Of a DNA stretch of 64,000 nucleotides, positions 1 to 13,000 are shown piece by piece. Every line of letters starts with the position of its first letter. The first letter of the stretch is position 1. The notes beneath the pieces were generated by a model. The model had not been told where the DNA came from. It made no database searches and saw only the letters and a list, made by a program, of their open reading frames with translations. Source of the DNA: Eledone cirrhosa (taxonomy: Eukaryota); assembly GCA_964016885.1 (NCBI GenBank), contig OZ024742.1:96286001-96350000 (forward strand), in the 5' to 3' direction. Both the position numbers and the translations under genes were made by a program.

Positions 1-3000
1 TAGGTATCATTCCCAGAGCGCCTACAACCACTGGTATTGTTTTAGTTCTCAATTTCCACATTTTTCCAATTTCTATCTCCAGGTCCTTATACTTGCTCAA
101 TTTTTCAAATGTTCTTATAGATACATTCTTGTCTATTGGAACAGACATATCAATTAGCAGGCATACCCTCCTTTGAAAGTCTTTCAATATTATATCAGGT
201 CTATTTGCATCTATTTTTCGGTCTGTTTGGATGCTAAAGTTCCACAAGATTGAGATGTGATCTTTTTCAAGTATGGGAGGTGGTTGATGCTCCCACCAAT
301 TCTTTTGATGGGGCAGGTCAAAATGCTTACACATTATCCAATGTATGTATTGTGCAGCTCTGTCATGCCTGTTTAGGTATTCGGTTGGAGCTATAGGACT
401 GCACATTGAAATTATATGGTCAATGGTCTCTGGTTGTTTTTTGCATACACGGCATAATGGGCTGCACCCATTTTTTATTATGTTGGCTTGGTAATTTTTT
501 GTTGGCAGACACTGATCTTGTGCCGATATAATCAGTCCTTCAGTCTCCGATTTCAGTCCAGAGGATGCCAACCACTGATGGGTTAAAGTTTTGTCAACAT
601 CAGGATTGTTAGCTCGCTCTGGGTATTTTCCATACAGAGGCTTTTCTTGCCATTTCTTAGCCAGTTTCTGTAGCAGTTCTTTCTTTGCAGTTACTTTTAC
701 CTGCTTTGCTTTTTCTGTGTTTTCCATTTCAGCAGTAAATGGGACTTCTGAAATTTGTAGTCCATTACTGTATCTTTGTGCATCTTTTGTAATGGAATAT
801 GATCTTTTGGTGCTTTCGTGTTTCAAAACGAGTTTGATCATCCAATCATGTGATTCCCTTAGATATGTGGATAATCCAATTATTGCAGTTTTCAACGCAA
901 TGTCTAACTGGATTAACCCACGTCCTCCTTCTTTCCTAGGGAGATATATTCTATCTATGTCTGCCTTAGGGTGATGCATTCTGTGCATGGTTAAGAATTT
1001 TCGGATTTTTGTATCGAGCCTACGGATCTCTGTGCTTGACCAGTTGATGACATTGTAACTGTAGGTTACTACTGGTATGGCAAGCGTGTTTATGGCATCG
1101 ATCCTATTCCTTGCATTCAATTCCGTTCTTAAGATTGCTCTTACGCTGCGGTAACATTCCTTCCTTATCCTTTCCCTCATTGTCGAGTGCTTGATTCCGT
1201 CTCCTTCACAAACACCTAGATATTTGTAAGTTTTTTCTTGATCAAGCTCTCTTATCACGTTCCCCCGATCAAGATTAATGTCTGAACTCTTCAGCAGCTT
1301 TCCTCTGGTGAACGTTGCTTTGGCGCATTTATCCAGTCCAAACTCCATTTTAATGTCATCACTGAACTGCTTCACAGTGGATAATAGCCCTTGCAAGTGT
1401 TCATCATTTTTTTCAAATAGTTTCAGGTCATCCATGTAGAACAGGTGATTAATAGTTTTGTCATAGACTCTATATCCATGTTTTGTTTCATTGAGCATTT
1501 TACTTAATGGTATAAGTGCGATGCAGAATAAAAGCGGTGATAAAGAGTCACCCTGAAAAATTCCACAATTAATATTAACTTCTCCAGCTTCCAGTGATTT
1601 TGTTTCACTATTCAAAAGGAGTGTCGTTCTCCATGTCTTCATACTGAATGACAAAAACCTCCTGACAACGGGGGATATTTTGAAAATCTCTAAACATTTT
1701 TCAATCCAACTGTGTGGCAATCTATCGAATGCTTTTTTATAATCTATCCAAGCAATCGATAGATTTTTGTGTCTATTATGACAATCTTTCAGTATCATTT
1801 TGTTAACCAGAAGCTGATCCTTACAGCCATATGAGCCTCGTTTACACCCTTTCTGCTCAATGGGAAATAGGTCATTTGTTATCAGGTGGTCATATGTGTA
1901 TTCAGTTAGGACTGATGTTTAAATTTTATACATTGTGGTCAAGCAGGTTATCGGTCTGTAATTTTGGGGATTGTTTGTCTCATCATTCTTCGGTAGCAGG
2001 AATGTAATGCCGTTAACTAGCCATGATGGTATCTTTTCTGGCTCCTTAACTATTTCATTGTAAAGTTGGGCTAACAGCTCATGAGACTCTGTCAAGGCAT
2101 TTATCCAAAAGTTTTGTATTTTGTCTTTTCCTGGGGATTTCCATTTGCTGGTTTTTCTTAGAGCCAAGCGTAACTGTTCAACTGTTATATTTTCCCATAT
2201 TTGTTCTTCAAGGTGAGCTGTATCTTTCATTTGTCTGTCTATCCATGGGAAATGTATGTTATGAACTTTTTCTTCGGCCCAGATCTTTTCCCAGAATTCT
2301 TGCACTTCCTCCTTGGGTGGTATTGATTTAGCAGTTATTGTTGACTTACCAATTTTTCTGTAGAAGTTTCTTTGGTTGTTTTTGAACATATTATTGTCCT
2401 TATAGAATCTAGATCGTTTTTCAAAGCGCCTTATACGAGCAGCTTTGGCCGACACTTTTTGCTTGATTGTTTCTATCAGCATGTCTATGTCACATGTTGA
2501 TATTATACTGTACTTTTTTTTCAATTTTCTAAGTTTAGTTTGTTTAACATGTTCACCTACTTTATAGTTTGTTAAAATTTCTATGTCAGATCGGAGAAGG
2601 TTTATTTGGCGATTGATGTTATCTTGTCAAGTAGATTTCTTGTGGGAATTCCTTTGTTTTTTCATCTTCACTCCACATAAGTGAGTGGTGACTTTAGCCG
2701 ATGCATAATAGAGATGATTTAAGTCAGTAATGTTTAGTTTGTTTGTGATGATAATGTTTTTGAGAATTATGTTAGTCTTGTGTATTATCTTTTGGTTCTG
2801 TTTGGAGTTCTGGATCTTAGGGAGGGTGTCTTGTTGCCCCATGTCAGGTTCTTTCATTTTCATCCATTTGATCATAATTTCATCCTTCAAGTTGGCAAGT
2901 TCATTCTCATTCATTTCTTTATCATTTACAATCTCATTATTTTCATTTGGAGTTTCATCCTGAGCATGCACTCTCTCCACTTTTTCGCTCCTTTCTTTAA

Positions 3001-3487
3001 TTTGTTCTGTTGCCAGTGATTCCGCCCCAGCCCTGGAATTCGAAGTGTTACAGTTTACCTCGTTTTCACTGACACATGCTTCATTTTCCCTTCGCTGACT
3101 TTGTGCTAATAGCTTGATCTGATCAATTTCTATATCAGTTAGTAACTTTTTTCTTACAATATTTCTTCGTATATTGGCTAGTTTGTTACTGTCAATATAG
3201 CCTCTGTTTTCGGGATGTTTCTTTTTCCAGTTGATATATGTTTGTTCTGTATTCGATGTATTTGATGGGTAGTACATGGCAGTGTAGAAAGCCTCAAGAA
3301 CTTCTTTATTGTCTTCCCTTGACCATTTTTCTCTCTTTTTCTTTGGATTTCTTGGTGGTGAGCATGGAGGGCCAACAGTAGGAGTATTCTGGTTATGGGA
3401 GGTCTCCAGCTCCGAAGTGATGGGAAGGTTTGAACCATTAGCTGATTTTTCGACCCCAGTCTGGTTCCTCTCTGAGGGACGCGGCAC
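1..3487 (-). pseudogene. RT-RLE polyprotein of Dong family A, broken by two nonsense codons
   Basis: ORFs 2627-3487 and 1919-2524 share a frame that continues below 1919. Stops are TGA at 2627-2629 (KKST*QDN, probably ex-TGG) and TAA at 1919-1921 (YKI*TSVL, probably ex-TTA). Confidence 0.9.
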
Positions 3488-3705
3488 TTTTTTACCCGGG
3501 TGACGGCCGATCCGGTATCAGATTTTATCATTAGACATTTACTTTATTTTGTCGCGTTTTATCCTTATCCGCCAAGGGATAATCATTTCGTGTTACCACT
3601 TCTAGAACGAGTGTCAACCAAGACTAGAGTGGTCGTTCTCCCCTAGAGACATGGCTATTCCCCGCCAGCCGCCATCCCGGTATTTCTTGGTCACGGGGTT
3701 TTCTT
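1..3705 (-). mobile_element. R4/Dong-clade non-LTR retrotransposon, family A; 5' end apparently present, 3' end runs off the window
   Basis: One reading frame from 3487 to the window edge. It has RT motifs (KSPGKD, NYRPITCL, WIDYKKAFD, GIFQGDSLSPLLF, HLFYMDDLKL, YKYLG), a CCHC knuckle (CRVC..ETIDHIISMC) and a restriction-like endonuclease (RHD, NRPDII, IDMSVP, KLSKY). GC-richer 5' leader at ~3488-3705. Confidence 0.93.
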
Positions 3706-4653
3706 TTTGTTGTTTTTTTTTAAATTGTTATTATCATGAGTGGTTCCTTAATGTGAGCATTGCGTGGCTTAAGAATGAAATTATTAATAATTGTCTCCAC
3801 TCCAGGCACAAGGCCAGCAATCACCCAGTGCATTACAATAATATAATATACTTTTTGTTGTAGTTGGCTGTTATTGTTGTTGGCTATGTCGGTGGTGGTG
3901 CCGGGACTTTTTATATTGTTGGTGAGGAAGGGGTGAGCCAGCAGTCCCATAATTGTTGATGTAGACGTTTGGCCGGTGGCAAGGTCACCAAGTCAATCTA
4001 TTTATATCTTTTGCTAGCCTCTCTCTTGTCTAGTGATACCGCCACCTTCCCCTTTCTCTCTCAAGTTAACAGGGGAATAGTGTTGGTAGCATTGAATGAG
4101 TGGTGGCGGCGATGATGGATGCGGTGGGGTGGTGGCAGCGGTGGTGTTGTAGTTACTGATATAGTATCTATGAGTTTGTGTTCGTATGTTTAATATATAT
4201 TTTTATTATATTTTGTGTTGACATATTCCCGTAAAATTTGAATTAAACATTTTTTAAAATTTGAGACAATAATAATAGTAATTATTATTATGATGCTGGT
4301 GAAATTGCCGTTATCTGGCTGTTATATTTAGTGTGATGGGATAGGTAGTGTATCAAGTTTCTGGTGTTGGTGAAATTGCTGCTATTTGGCTGTTCTATAT
4401 AGTGTAGACAGAGGGTGTTTTGTTCCATTTATAACCATTTTCTTCTTTTGAACAAAATATATAATACAAAATTGAATATTTGAGCGATACAACAATATAA
4501 TATGGATCCGAAACTTTATGGGACCTCATTCGGTGCATTTATGCAACATTTGTGCTAAGAATTGTTCTTTCACAATTGATTTAAATATGTTAAAAATCAA
4601 AAACTTACGGGAGCAATTTCGTGACCTTCTTCCACCTCGTGCGTCTTCTTCCC

Positions 4654-4750
<97 letters not shown>

Positions 4751-4760
4751 GTTGTTATTA
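4654..4760. repeat. (TTA/TAA)n microsatellite abutting a Dong 3' end
   Basis: About 35 TTA units seen directly. Confidence 0.97.
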
Positions 4761-6026
4761 CTCTTTGTGTCTCAGTCATTGATGTTAGTTAACTGGAAAG
4801 TTTGTTGAAATGAATATCAAGCCACTACCTGTAGCCTCAGATATTCAGGACGTATCGGAGGGTTCTTGCTGTTCCCAGCAAGCATGCCTTTTGAAGCGTT
4901 CCAAAAAGCGTGAAGGGGCCAATTTTCTTTAACCATCCCTGTAAACCTTTTGAGATAGTCCCTAGTGCGCCTATGACAATCGGGATCACTTTGAATTCAT
5001 GGCAGTTCCAAATCCTTTTTACCTCCCACTTTAAGTCCTGGTATCGGTTAATTTTCTCCCTCTCCTTCTCTTGCACTCTCGTGTCGAATGGGCAGGCCAC
5101 ATCCACAATCAGGCACGATCTTTTTTCTTTGTCCAAAACCACCAGGTCAGGTCTATTGTGTTCCAGTTTCTTGTCCGTCTGTATCCTAAAATCCCACAGC
5201 ACCTTCACCTGATCGTTTTCTATCACCGCCTCTGGCTTATGCTCATACCACTTCTCAGAATGTGGTAAATTATTTACTTTGCATAGGTGCCAGTGGATCA
5301 CCCTGCCCATCACATCATGTCTCCAGCCCTTATAGTGAGTCTGGGCTAGGTGTTTACACTTGGATACAATGTGAGCCACAGTCTCCTCTCTCTCTCCACA
5401 GATCCTGCACAGTGGGATAGTCTCCTCCTTGTAAATGTGGTGTTTCAACCACTTCGTTTTGAGGGCCTGCTCCTGCGCAGCCATTAACATTCCTTCTGTA
5501 GCCTTTTTAAGGTCTCCTCTTTTCAACCAGTTCCATGTCTGTGGATCTCTAAATTCAGTTTTCTCAAAGAAGGTACTATGAAAGGATTTTTCCTGAAGGC
5601 TGTTCTTTTTCCTTGATGTTATTTCCTCCTTGGACATCCCCTGGCCTATTGTCCCCTCCTTCAGTACAGTTCTGAGCATTAGCTCCTTACTATCAGTCAC
5701 GTATTTGTGTAGGTTGTTTTTCTCCATCTGAACACAGTCCTCTATGCTGATAAGACCTCTTCCACCTTCAGACCTCCTTAGGTAGAGTCTATCGACATCA
5801 CTCCTCTTGTGGAACATATTGTAGATATTGTATATAGTCAATAGCTTCCTAGTCTTCCTATCCATTTCTTTTTGTTCAGCAACATTCCATCTCAGAATTC
5901 CCGCACTGTACCTAATAATAGACACAGCTCGGGAATTTACTGCACTTATGGCATTCCTACTGTTCAGATGTGACTTTAATACGCTCCTTACTCTCCGAAG
6001 GTATTCAGGTCTTATCAACTCCTTCA

Positions 6027-6030
<4 letters not shown>
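4761..6030 (-). mobile_element. R4/Dong LINE family B, 5'-truncated, flanked by (TAA)n on both sides
   Basis: ORF 4837-6027 (396 aa) has RLYLRRSEGGRGL, CRICGEREETVAHIVSKC, RHD, NRPDLVV, DVACP and EKINRY. The ~75-bp 3' UTR matches 46094-46170. Confidence 0.93.
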
Positions 6031-6064
<34 letters not shown>

Positions 6065-6189
6065 GATTATCATTTTATTTTCTTTCATTATTGTTTCTGA
6101 GATATATGTCAAATGTCTTCCTGACACCTAGGGCAAATAAATTCACAGTGTGCATTGGTAAGCCAGTTAATACAGCACATTGATTATAA

Positions 6190-6367
6190 TTTAAAAAAAA
6201 GGCCATTAAAAGGCCACAGTGACCCTGACCACTAAGGCAAGTGCCCTCTCCCAGTTTTCCACCTTTAATTTACAGACACATACTCACTCGGGCCATTCTT
6301 GCCTCTCTCACCCATCTTTCAACAAAATGCTGAGAAGAGAGCACTTCCCTCTCTACCCTGATTTTCC
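6190..6367 (-). mobile_element. Tx1/L1-like LINE 3' fragment (internally deleted)
   Basis: Homologous to 47065-47270 (gaccctgaccac..gcaa..tcccagttttccacc..cactcgggccattcttgcctctctcacccatc). Abuts (TAA)n at 6368-6388. Confidence 0.7.
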
Positions 6368-6388
6368 TAATAATAATAATAATAATAA

Positions 6389-6545
6389 AATTGTTTTGAC
6401 TGGTACTGCACACGTATTGAGAAGAGCACTATCTCTGTAAGATTGATAACCCTCCTTGTATTTACATATGCATATGCACATGTGTATATATGTATACTGT
6501 TTTTTTTTTTATTATAATCAATGTGCTGTATTAACTCGAGTTAAT
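6389..6545 (+). mobile_element. Very short 3' fragment of an R4/Dong LINE
   Basis: Immediately after (TAA)n it reads KIVLTGTAHVLRRALSL*, homologous to the Dong C-terminus KIVLMGTAHILRKILSI* at 47535-47588. 3' boundary uncertain. Confidence 0.7.
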
Positions 6546-6549
6546 GGGC

Positions 6550-6836
6550 CTACTCTGAGTATGTGCCTATAAATTGAAGGTGGAAAACTAGGAGAGGGCA
6601 CTTGCTCTGGTGGTCAGGGTCACCGTGGCTTTTTTTAATGGGCTTTCTCCACGATGGCCCTCGGAAGTCTCCCGCCCCCCCCACTATTGGGGAATTTTTC
6701 ATTGTTCCTTTTTTTGTTACATCCTCTGTTTTTGTTTTTTTTACATGCAGAAATGCCAATTTGTACTGTCCTGTATTGTCCTGTACTGTCCTTAATATCT
6801 TACTTTGTGTAAACCCTTGTTGTTAATAAAGAAAGC
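6550..6836 (+). mobile_element. Tx1/L1-like LINE 3' end (ORF tail + 3' UTR)
   Basis: Reverse-complement homolog of 46905-47160. Ends gtgtaaacccttgttgttaataaagaaagc followed by (ATT)n. Confidence 0.8.
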
Positions 6837-6857
6837 ATTATTATTATTATTATTATT

Positions 6858-8160
6858 AAGGGCAGATTGGCAGTATTGGTAAAGTGTCGGACAACATGCT
6901 TCGCAGCATAGAGTTGCAACCCCTTTACGGTCTGAGTTCAAATCCTGCCAAGGTTAACTTTGCCTTTCAACTTTACAGGGTTGATAAAATAAAGCACCAA
7001 TAACATACTGGGATAATTGCTGGCCTTGTGCCAACAGTAGAAACAATTATTATTATCATTAAGGGCTGTTAACTTTGCCTTTCATCCTTACGGGGTCGAT
7101 AAAATAAAGTACCAGTACATTACTAGGTGATTGCTGGCCTTGTGCCTAAAGTAGAAACAATTATTATTAAGGGCTGTAGATTGGCAGTATTGGTAGAGCA
7201 TCGGACACCATGCTTTGCAGCATAGAGTTATGACCCCTTACGTTCTGTGTTCAAATCCTGCCAATTTAGCTTTGCCTTTCATCCTTATGGGGTCAATAAA
7301 ATAAAGCACCAGTAATGCACTTGGATCAATTTAATCGACTTTCCCCTTCCTAAAAATTCTTGGCTGAATTGGCAGTATTGGTAGAGGCTTGAACGCCATG
7401 CTTTCTAGCATAATTATCTCCCATTACGGTCTGAGTTCAAATCCTGTTGAGGTTAACTTTGCCTTTCATCCTTACAGGGTCGATAAAATAAAGTACCAGT
7501 AATGTACTGGGTAATTGCTGACCTTGTGCCAAAAGCAGAAACAATTATTATGGTTATAATTATTATTATTATTAAGAGCTGTGGATTAGCAGTATTGGTA
7601 GAGCATCGGACAAGATGCTTTGCGGCATAAAGTTAATGCGCTTTATGATCTGATTTCAAATCCTGTTAGCTTTGCCATTCATCCTTATGGGATTGATAAA
7701 ATAAGGCACCAGTAATGCACTGGGGTCGATTTAATCGACTTTCCCCTCCCCCAAATATTATTTATTTGTCTTGGCCTTTGCATTGTCAGTTCAAATCCTG
7801 TTCAGGTCATCTTTCCATTTTCATCCTTCCAAAGTTGTTAATATAAAGCACATTAAGTACAGGGGTGATATAATTGACTTTTCGTTTTCCTCTACTTGCT
7901 AGGCCTTTTCCAATGTTAGAAATAATTATTTTTATAAGAGGCAGTAGACTGGTGGATTGGCAGAATTGTTAGGTTGTTGGACAAAATACATTGCTATATT
8001 AGGTGTTACAGTCCTCTATATTTTGTGTTCAAATCCTCCCAAGTTAAATTTTGCTTTTCATATATTAAGGATCGATAAAATAAAGTATGAGCTAAATAAT
8101 GGAGACGACTTTCAACTCCCTCAAATTACTGGCTTTGTACTTAAATTAGAATCCATTATC
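6858..8160 (+). mobile_element. Head-to-tail array of ~7 full/partial tRNA-derived SINE copies (family 1)
   Basis: Repeated units with A-box-like tggcagtattgg, B-box gagttcaaatcc, core gcctttcatccttacggggtcgataaaataaagtaccag and tail ggccttgtgccaaaagtagaaacaattatt. Confidence 0.9.
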
Positions 8161-10059
8161 ATCAGACAGTTTTGGACAGTACAATCAAGAGATTGGCTGC
8201 CTGTGTTATCAATAATTATCAGCATTATCATCACCCTCATCCTAAGAGGTTTTGCACTGGTTTGACATTCATGGGTTCCATGAAACTTTTCTTCTAAGGT
8301 TGAATGGTCTTCCTGACTCTAATCATGAGGCTATGGGACATATGATTGTGCAAGATATAATTAAACAAAAATGGCACTGCTTGGCTAAACAGTGTCAATG
8401 TGAAAATATCTGTTGTGTCATACATACGCGTGCGCGCACACACACACACACAATCAAATATATAGATATACTCTTTGTTTAACATCCATTTTCCATGCAT
8501 AGATTAGACAGGATGTCATTTTAGAAGCTAGACAGGTCCGGTGACAACATCTTGTTCACACACTGTTTTTAGTAAGCCCTTCTTAAACATAATCACTTTA
8601 AGCATGGACTGAGTGGTTTTATCATGGCATTAGTAAAACTAATTTACAGAGTGGACTGGGTGCTTTTTATTGCAGGATATCTAAAAAAGATTATGCTCTC
8701 CCTCTTTCATGAGGGATTTCTTTTTGTTTCCTTTTATCAAATTCACTCAGAAGATATTAATCAATACAGTGCTAAAGTAGAAGGCACTGTCCAAAGGCTC
8801 ACACAAGAGGAATGAACTCCAAATCTTGTGGTTGAAAAATGAATTTTTTAACCACACAACTCTACCTTGCAGCAATTAGTTGCTTCCCTTCCCGTGTTCA
8901 AATTTCGCCAAGGGTAACTGACTTTCAGGCTTCAAAGGTGGATGAAATGTACTATAACAGTCTTTATATAATCAACTATAGATTGCAAGATATTATAGGA
9001 GTCTTATTATAATTTGTATTGAGTCCAAAGAGGTTAGATGTGGCTAAATTCTGTTCAAAGTTAAGGTCAGTTGAATATGATATTTCCATTTCTTTTTTTT
9101 GTTTGTCAAATATTCTACTGCAAATATATTGTGAAGGAAAGCACTTTCTAAGTAAACTGGAGAATTTGGCAAGAGAAGTAACCACATTGATTTTGTATTA
9201 ACGTGTGAATCATGTAATATTTCTCTTTCTTTTGCTATTTCCACATGCTTGTCGTTTAAATATGGGTTCTGTCTAAGTTCTGTATTCTTTATAACCACTT
9301 CTTTTAGTAAGTTGCTACATTAGTGAATATTTGTCTTTTCGCAGAAATGTGTGATAGCCTGTTATTAATGTTTAATACTAGATGTTTGATTTTGTTCATA
9401 TGGTGGGGAGTGAATGCATGTAATTTAGTGATTCATTTGGTTGTGATTCAAAAGAGGTTGCCCAGTTCCCATGGGGCATCTAAAAATTTAGCACTAGAGA
9501 CACTATGTGCTCTTACAATTTGGAATACTAAGCTTTTAAAGATTCTTTCAGAATCCATTCATGATTTACAGATGGCAATGGTAAGAGTTAGGAAGTTATC
9601 ATTCCTGAGTCGGTCTCCTTCAAACAACAAGAATGTGATTTTGGTATTATGAATGACAGAAAATCCTGATGAGGTGATTAATGTCAGTGGTTAGCTCCCT
9701 TACTATAAATAAAGGCCAATGGTGGAAACATTGACTAAAATAACCAAGATGAGGGTGCTAGTTCGAATAAACCCCTGTATGAGATATCAATACAAGTTAT
9801 ATAATTATCAGGTAGAGTAAAATCCACTGTTCATTTATTTCCCTTTGTTGTTTCATAAGATCAAATCAGGCATTTCTTTGAGTTTCCATCTTTCTCATAC
9901 AATTTATTCAATATGCAAAATCTCACAATTTCATGAAAGGTCATTAACATTATATAAAGTAAGTGAGCAATATCTAATAAAAACAAAACACACAACTAAA
10001 GGGAAAAGAAAAAGGAGAAAAAGAAAGGATCAAGCAGCAAAAGAAAGAGAGAAAGGGAC

Positions 10060-10680
10060 AGTCTTGACTTGAACAATTTCCTCACTCTCCTGATACACTC
10101 CTTTCCAATCTTTTCCTTCATTTTGCATGTTCTGATTCCTGCATCCTGCAACATGCCCAAGTATTTGTAACTTGTTTCTTGAATTTGTATCATTCTTTCA
10201 CCATTAGGCATTTCAATATCATCAATCTCAACCAATTTGCCCTTTTTCATTGACAATGGTTTGCACTTGTCTAAACCAAACTTCATGCCTATGTTATTGG
10301 ATACAATCCTCACTGTATGGACAATTGGATGAAGTTCTCTTTCAGTCCAGTCATGCAACTTTAAGACATCCATGCACAACAGATGGCTTCTAGGCATGTA
10401 CTCTTTCAAAATGTAGTATTCACAATTTGTTTCTCTAAGAACAAAAGTAAGGGGAATCAGTACAAATATGATAATGACCCCCCTTGCAAAATAGCTTGTC
10501 TGATGAGAACCTCTTCTTGAACTTCTTTACCAGATGACAATTCCATTCTCCACTGCTCCATGCTGTTTAACAGCATTTCCTTGATGTTATCTGCTACACC
10601 TACAAGGTTGAGGGCTTCCTTTAACCAAGTGGGGGACCATGTCATAGGATTTCTTGTAATCTATGAAAACTATCACTGAG
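10060..10680 (-). mobile_element. Old, degraded R4/Dong-type RT fragment
   Basis: ORFs 10457-10645 and 9996-10409 give AILQGGSLS (~GIFQGDSLS), HLLCMDVLKL (~HLLFMDDLKL), IGMKFGLDKC and YKYLG. Confidence 0.8.
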
Positions 10681-10692
10681 TTCATAATAATA

Positions 10693-10878
10693 ATAATTGT
10701 TTCTACTTTTGGCACAAGGCCAGCAATCACCCAGTACATTACTGGTATTTTATGTTATCGACCCCGTAAGGATGAAAGGCAAAGTTAACCTCGACGGGAT
10801 TTGAACTCAGACCGTAAAGGGACATAACTCTGCTGGAAAGCATGGCGTCCGACTCTCCACTGATACTGCCAATTAGCG
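10693..10878 (-). mobile_element. SINE family 1 copy
   Basis: Near full-length reverse complement of the SINE unit, with the tail in ataataataatt. Confidence 0.9.
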
Positions 10879-12051
10879 TATTACTAGCATAGTTGTAGCA
10901 AAATACTCTTCAAATACGTTGTCAAATGTGACATTTTTTATCAAAGGGGAATAATTCTTTTATCTTGCCCTTGCGTGTATTGTGTTAAAGAATAATTTTA
11001 TACTAAAAACTATAAAAATGACTGATAGGTTACATTCGGTTTTATGTACTTTAGTAGTAATGGACACACCTATTCTTTATTAATTCAAAGGTTTAATTTG
11101 AAAAATATCTGATTACAAATAGATCTACTTGAATTAATAAACTCAAACACATGCCACACAAGTGATACTGGATTTCACTCTTGCAATTTTTGAGACAAGC
11201 CAACACTCAGATTATTACAGTGAGGGACAATAGTGCTAAGACACTGGAATAACCAAATATCTTTATGGGAATCACCTGTTACATCAGTGAAGTAAGTTGC
11301 CAACAATGATTAAAACTTCATTGCCAGTGGCTCACCTCTTCACAAATGTCTCAAATGCCACAAACTGCAAACATATAAGTGAATATACAAATACACATTA
11401 GTATGGACATTGATCAACAATAGCACATACCTAAAACAACATAAACATTGATAAACATATTAATACAAACTCACAAATATACAACATTTTCAGTCATTCT
11501 CTGATACCTGAACACTACTTTAAACATCCCCCACTTTCTATCATTTCCTCAATGTCTAACACACCTGTTTAAATGTAGTGATTTGCGTAAAACGTTTTTC
11601 ATTCCTTTCTTTAAATTTCTACTCAGTGCTCCAATCTTTCCCTATTTTCTAAAGGAACGCAATGTCTGAAATTTCATTTACTTTTTTCCACTTCTTCAGA
11701 ACATTACCTAATATTTTTAATTCATATCTTAACCCTTCTTGTTTGTTTTTTTTCACAGAGACACACACAGACACACACATCCACACATACACACACATAT
11801 ATACACACACACACATCCACACATCCACACATCCACATACATATACACACACACACACACATATATATATATACACATTTCACAGAGAGTTCAATGTTTA
11901 CATGGCTAGTTGTGTTTCAGCCAAATGAGATAGAACTAGACCAGTAAAAGTCACTTCTCAACAAAATGAAATAAAGTATATTCTCTTCCCCTGATGTATT
12001 GAGTACTTTTCTGTGATTGTCGCTTTCTTCAGTTCTATAACCAAGCACTAT

Positions 12052-12052
12052 T

Positions 12053-12140
<88 letters not shown>
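12052..12140. repeat. Compound (TC)n(TA)n microsatellite
   Basis: Seen directly. Confidence 0.95.
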
Positions 12141-12144
<4 letters not shown>

Positions 12145-12827
12145 TCCTCTAGAGATTATTTCATTTTTGAAGCTTGAATACCAAGTTAAAGAATATTCCA
12201 TCAGTTTCTCTGAATGGCTACATCCATCAGAGAGGAGCAGGAGAGAGAGAGAGTGAGATAGAGATATGAAATCCTCATAGACCTACACATAACTTCAGCA
12301 TTTTTGTAAGAAAAGAAAGATTTGCAATAGACTTTCTGATAATGACACATTTACATAGAGTTGTTGATTTTTTTTGTTGTTTGATATTTGTGAAAACTTA
12401 CTTATTACATTCAATAAAATGTTGTTTCTCTTGCTACTTTCAGTTTTTACTTACTGTTTTTTGGTTTGTATTTCCTTTCTTTCTGCATATATTTCTTTCT
12501 TTTGTGTTTTGCTTTTGTAGTTTAGCATTTCGTTTCTAAGTATTTATATGAAATGCAAAGAGAAAATTCTTGAATATATAAGGCCTGTATTCAGGTGAGA
12601 CGAAGCAATATTTAGTGTCAATAGTTACAAAGATTAAGGATAATGTAAAACAGAATTTTAAAAAATGTATATATAAATGTAATCTTTATTATGGCTAAGT
12701 GATGTGTCTTCTTACATGTCTTCCTCTACTCCCACCTAAGCATGATACTAATAAGACTTTGTGGTTTTGTATATCTGTGCGTGTGTGTTGTCATTTCTTT
12801 AACCACTCACACCTCATACACATATAT

Positions 12828-13000
12828 ATGATGGCTGCATGATTAAGGAGCAGACTTCCTTCACAACCATGTGGTCTTGGATTGGCTCCAACTGTGTAGC
12901 ACCTAGGGCAAGTGCCTTCTACAATAGCCTCATGTTGATCAATACTTTGTGAGTGAGATTAGGTAGATGGTAACTGTGGAACCCTGTTGTGTCTATCTGT
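12828..13000 (+). mobile_element. Degenerate tRNA-derived SINE family 2; related copies near 13500-13680(-), 32405-32520, 43258-43420, 48405-48800, 51320-51460(-)
   Basis: Shared decayed pattern atggctg.gtggttaag...caaccat...gcaccttgggcaagtgtcttctac.atagc...ccttgtgagtg. Confidence 0.65.

Noticed and set aside
11150-11500. Possible decayed GIY-YIG/Penelope fragment (also 53760-54400 on the minus strand)
   Set aside because: Only a faint YISE-like word in A-rich sequence, too degraded to support without a profile search.
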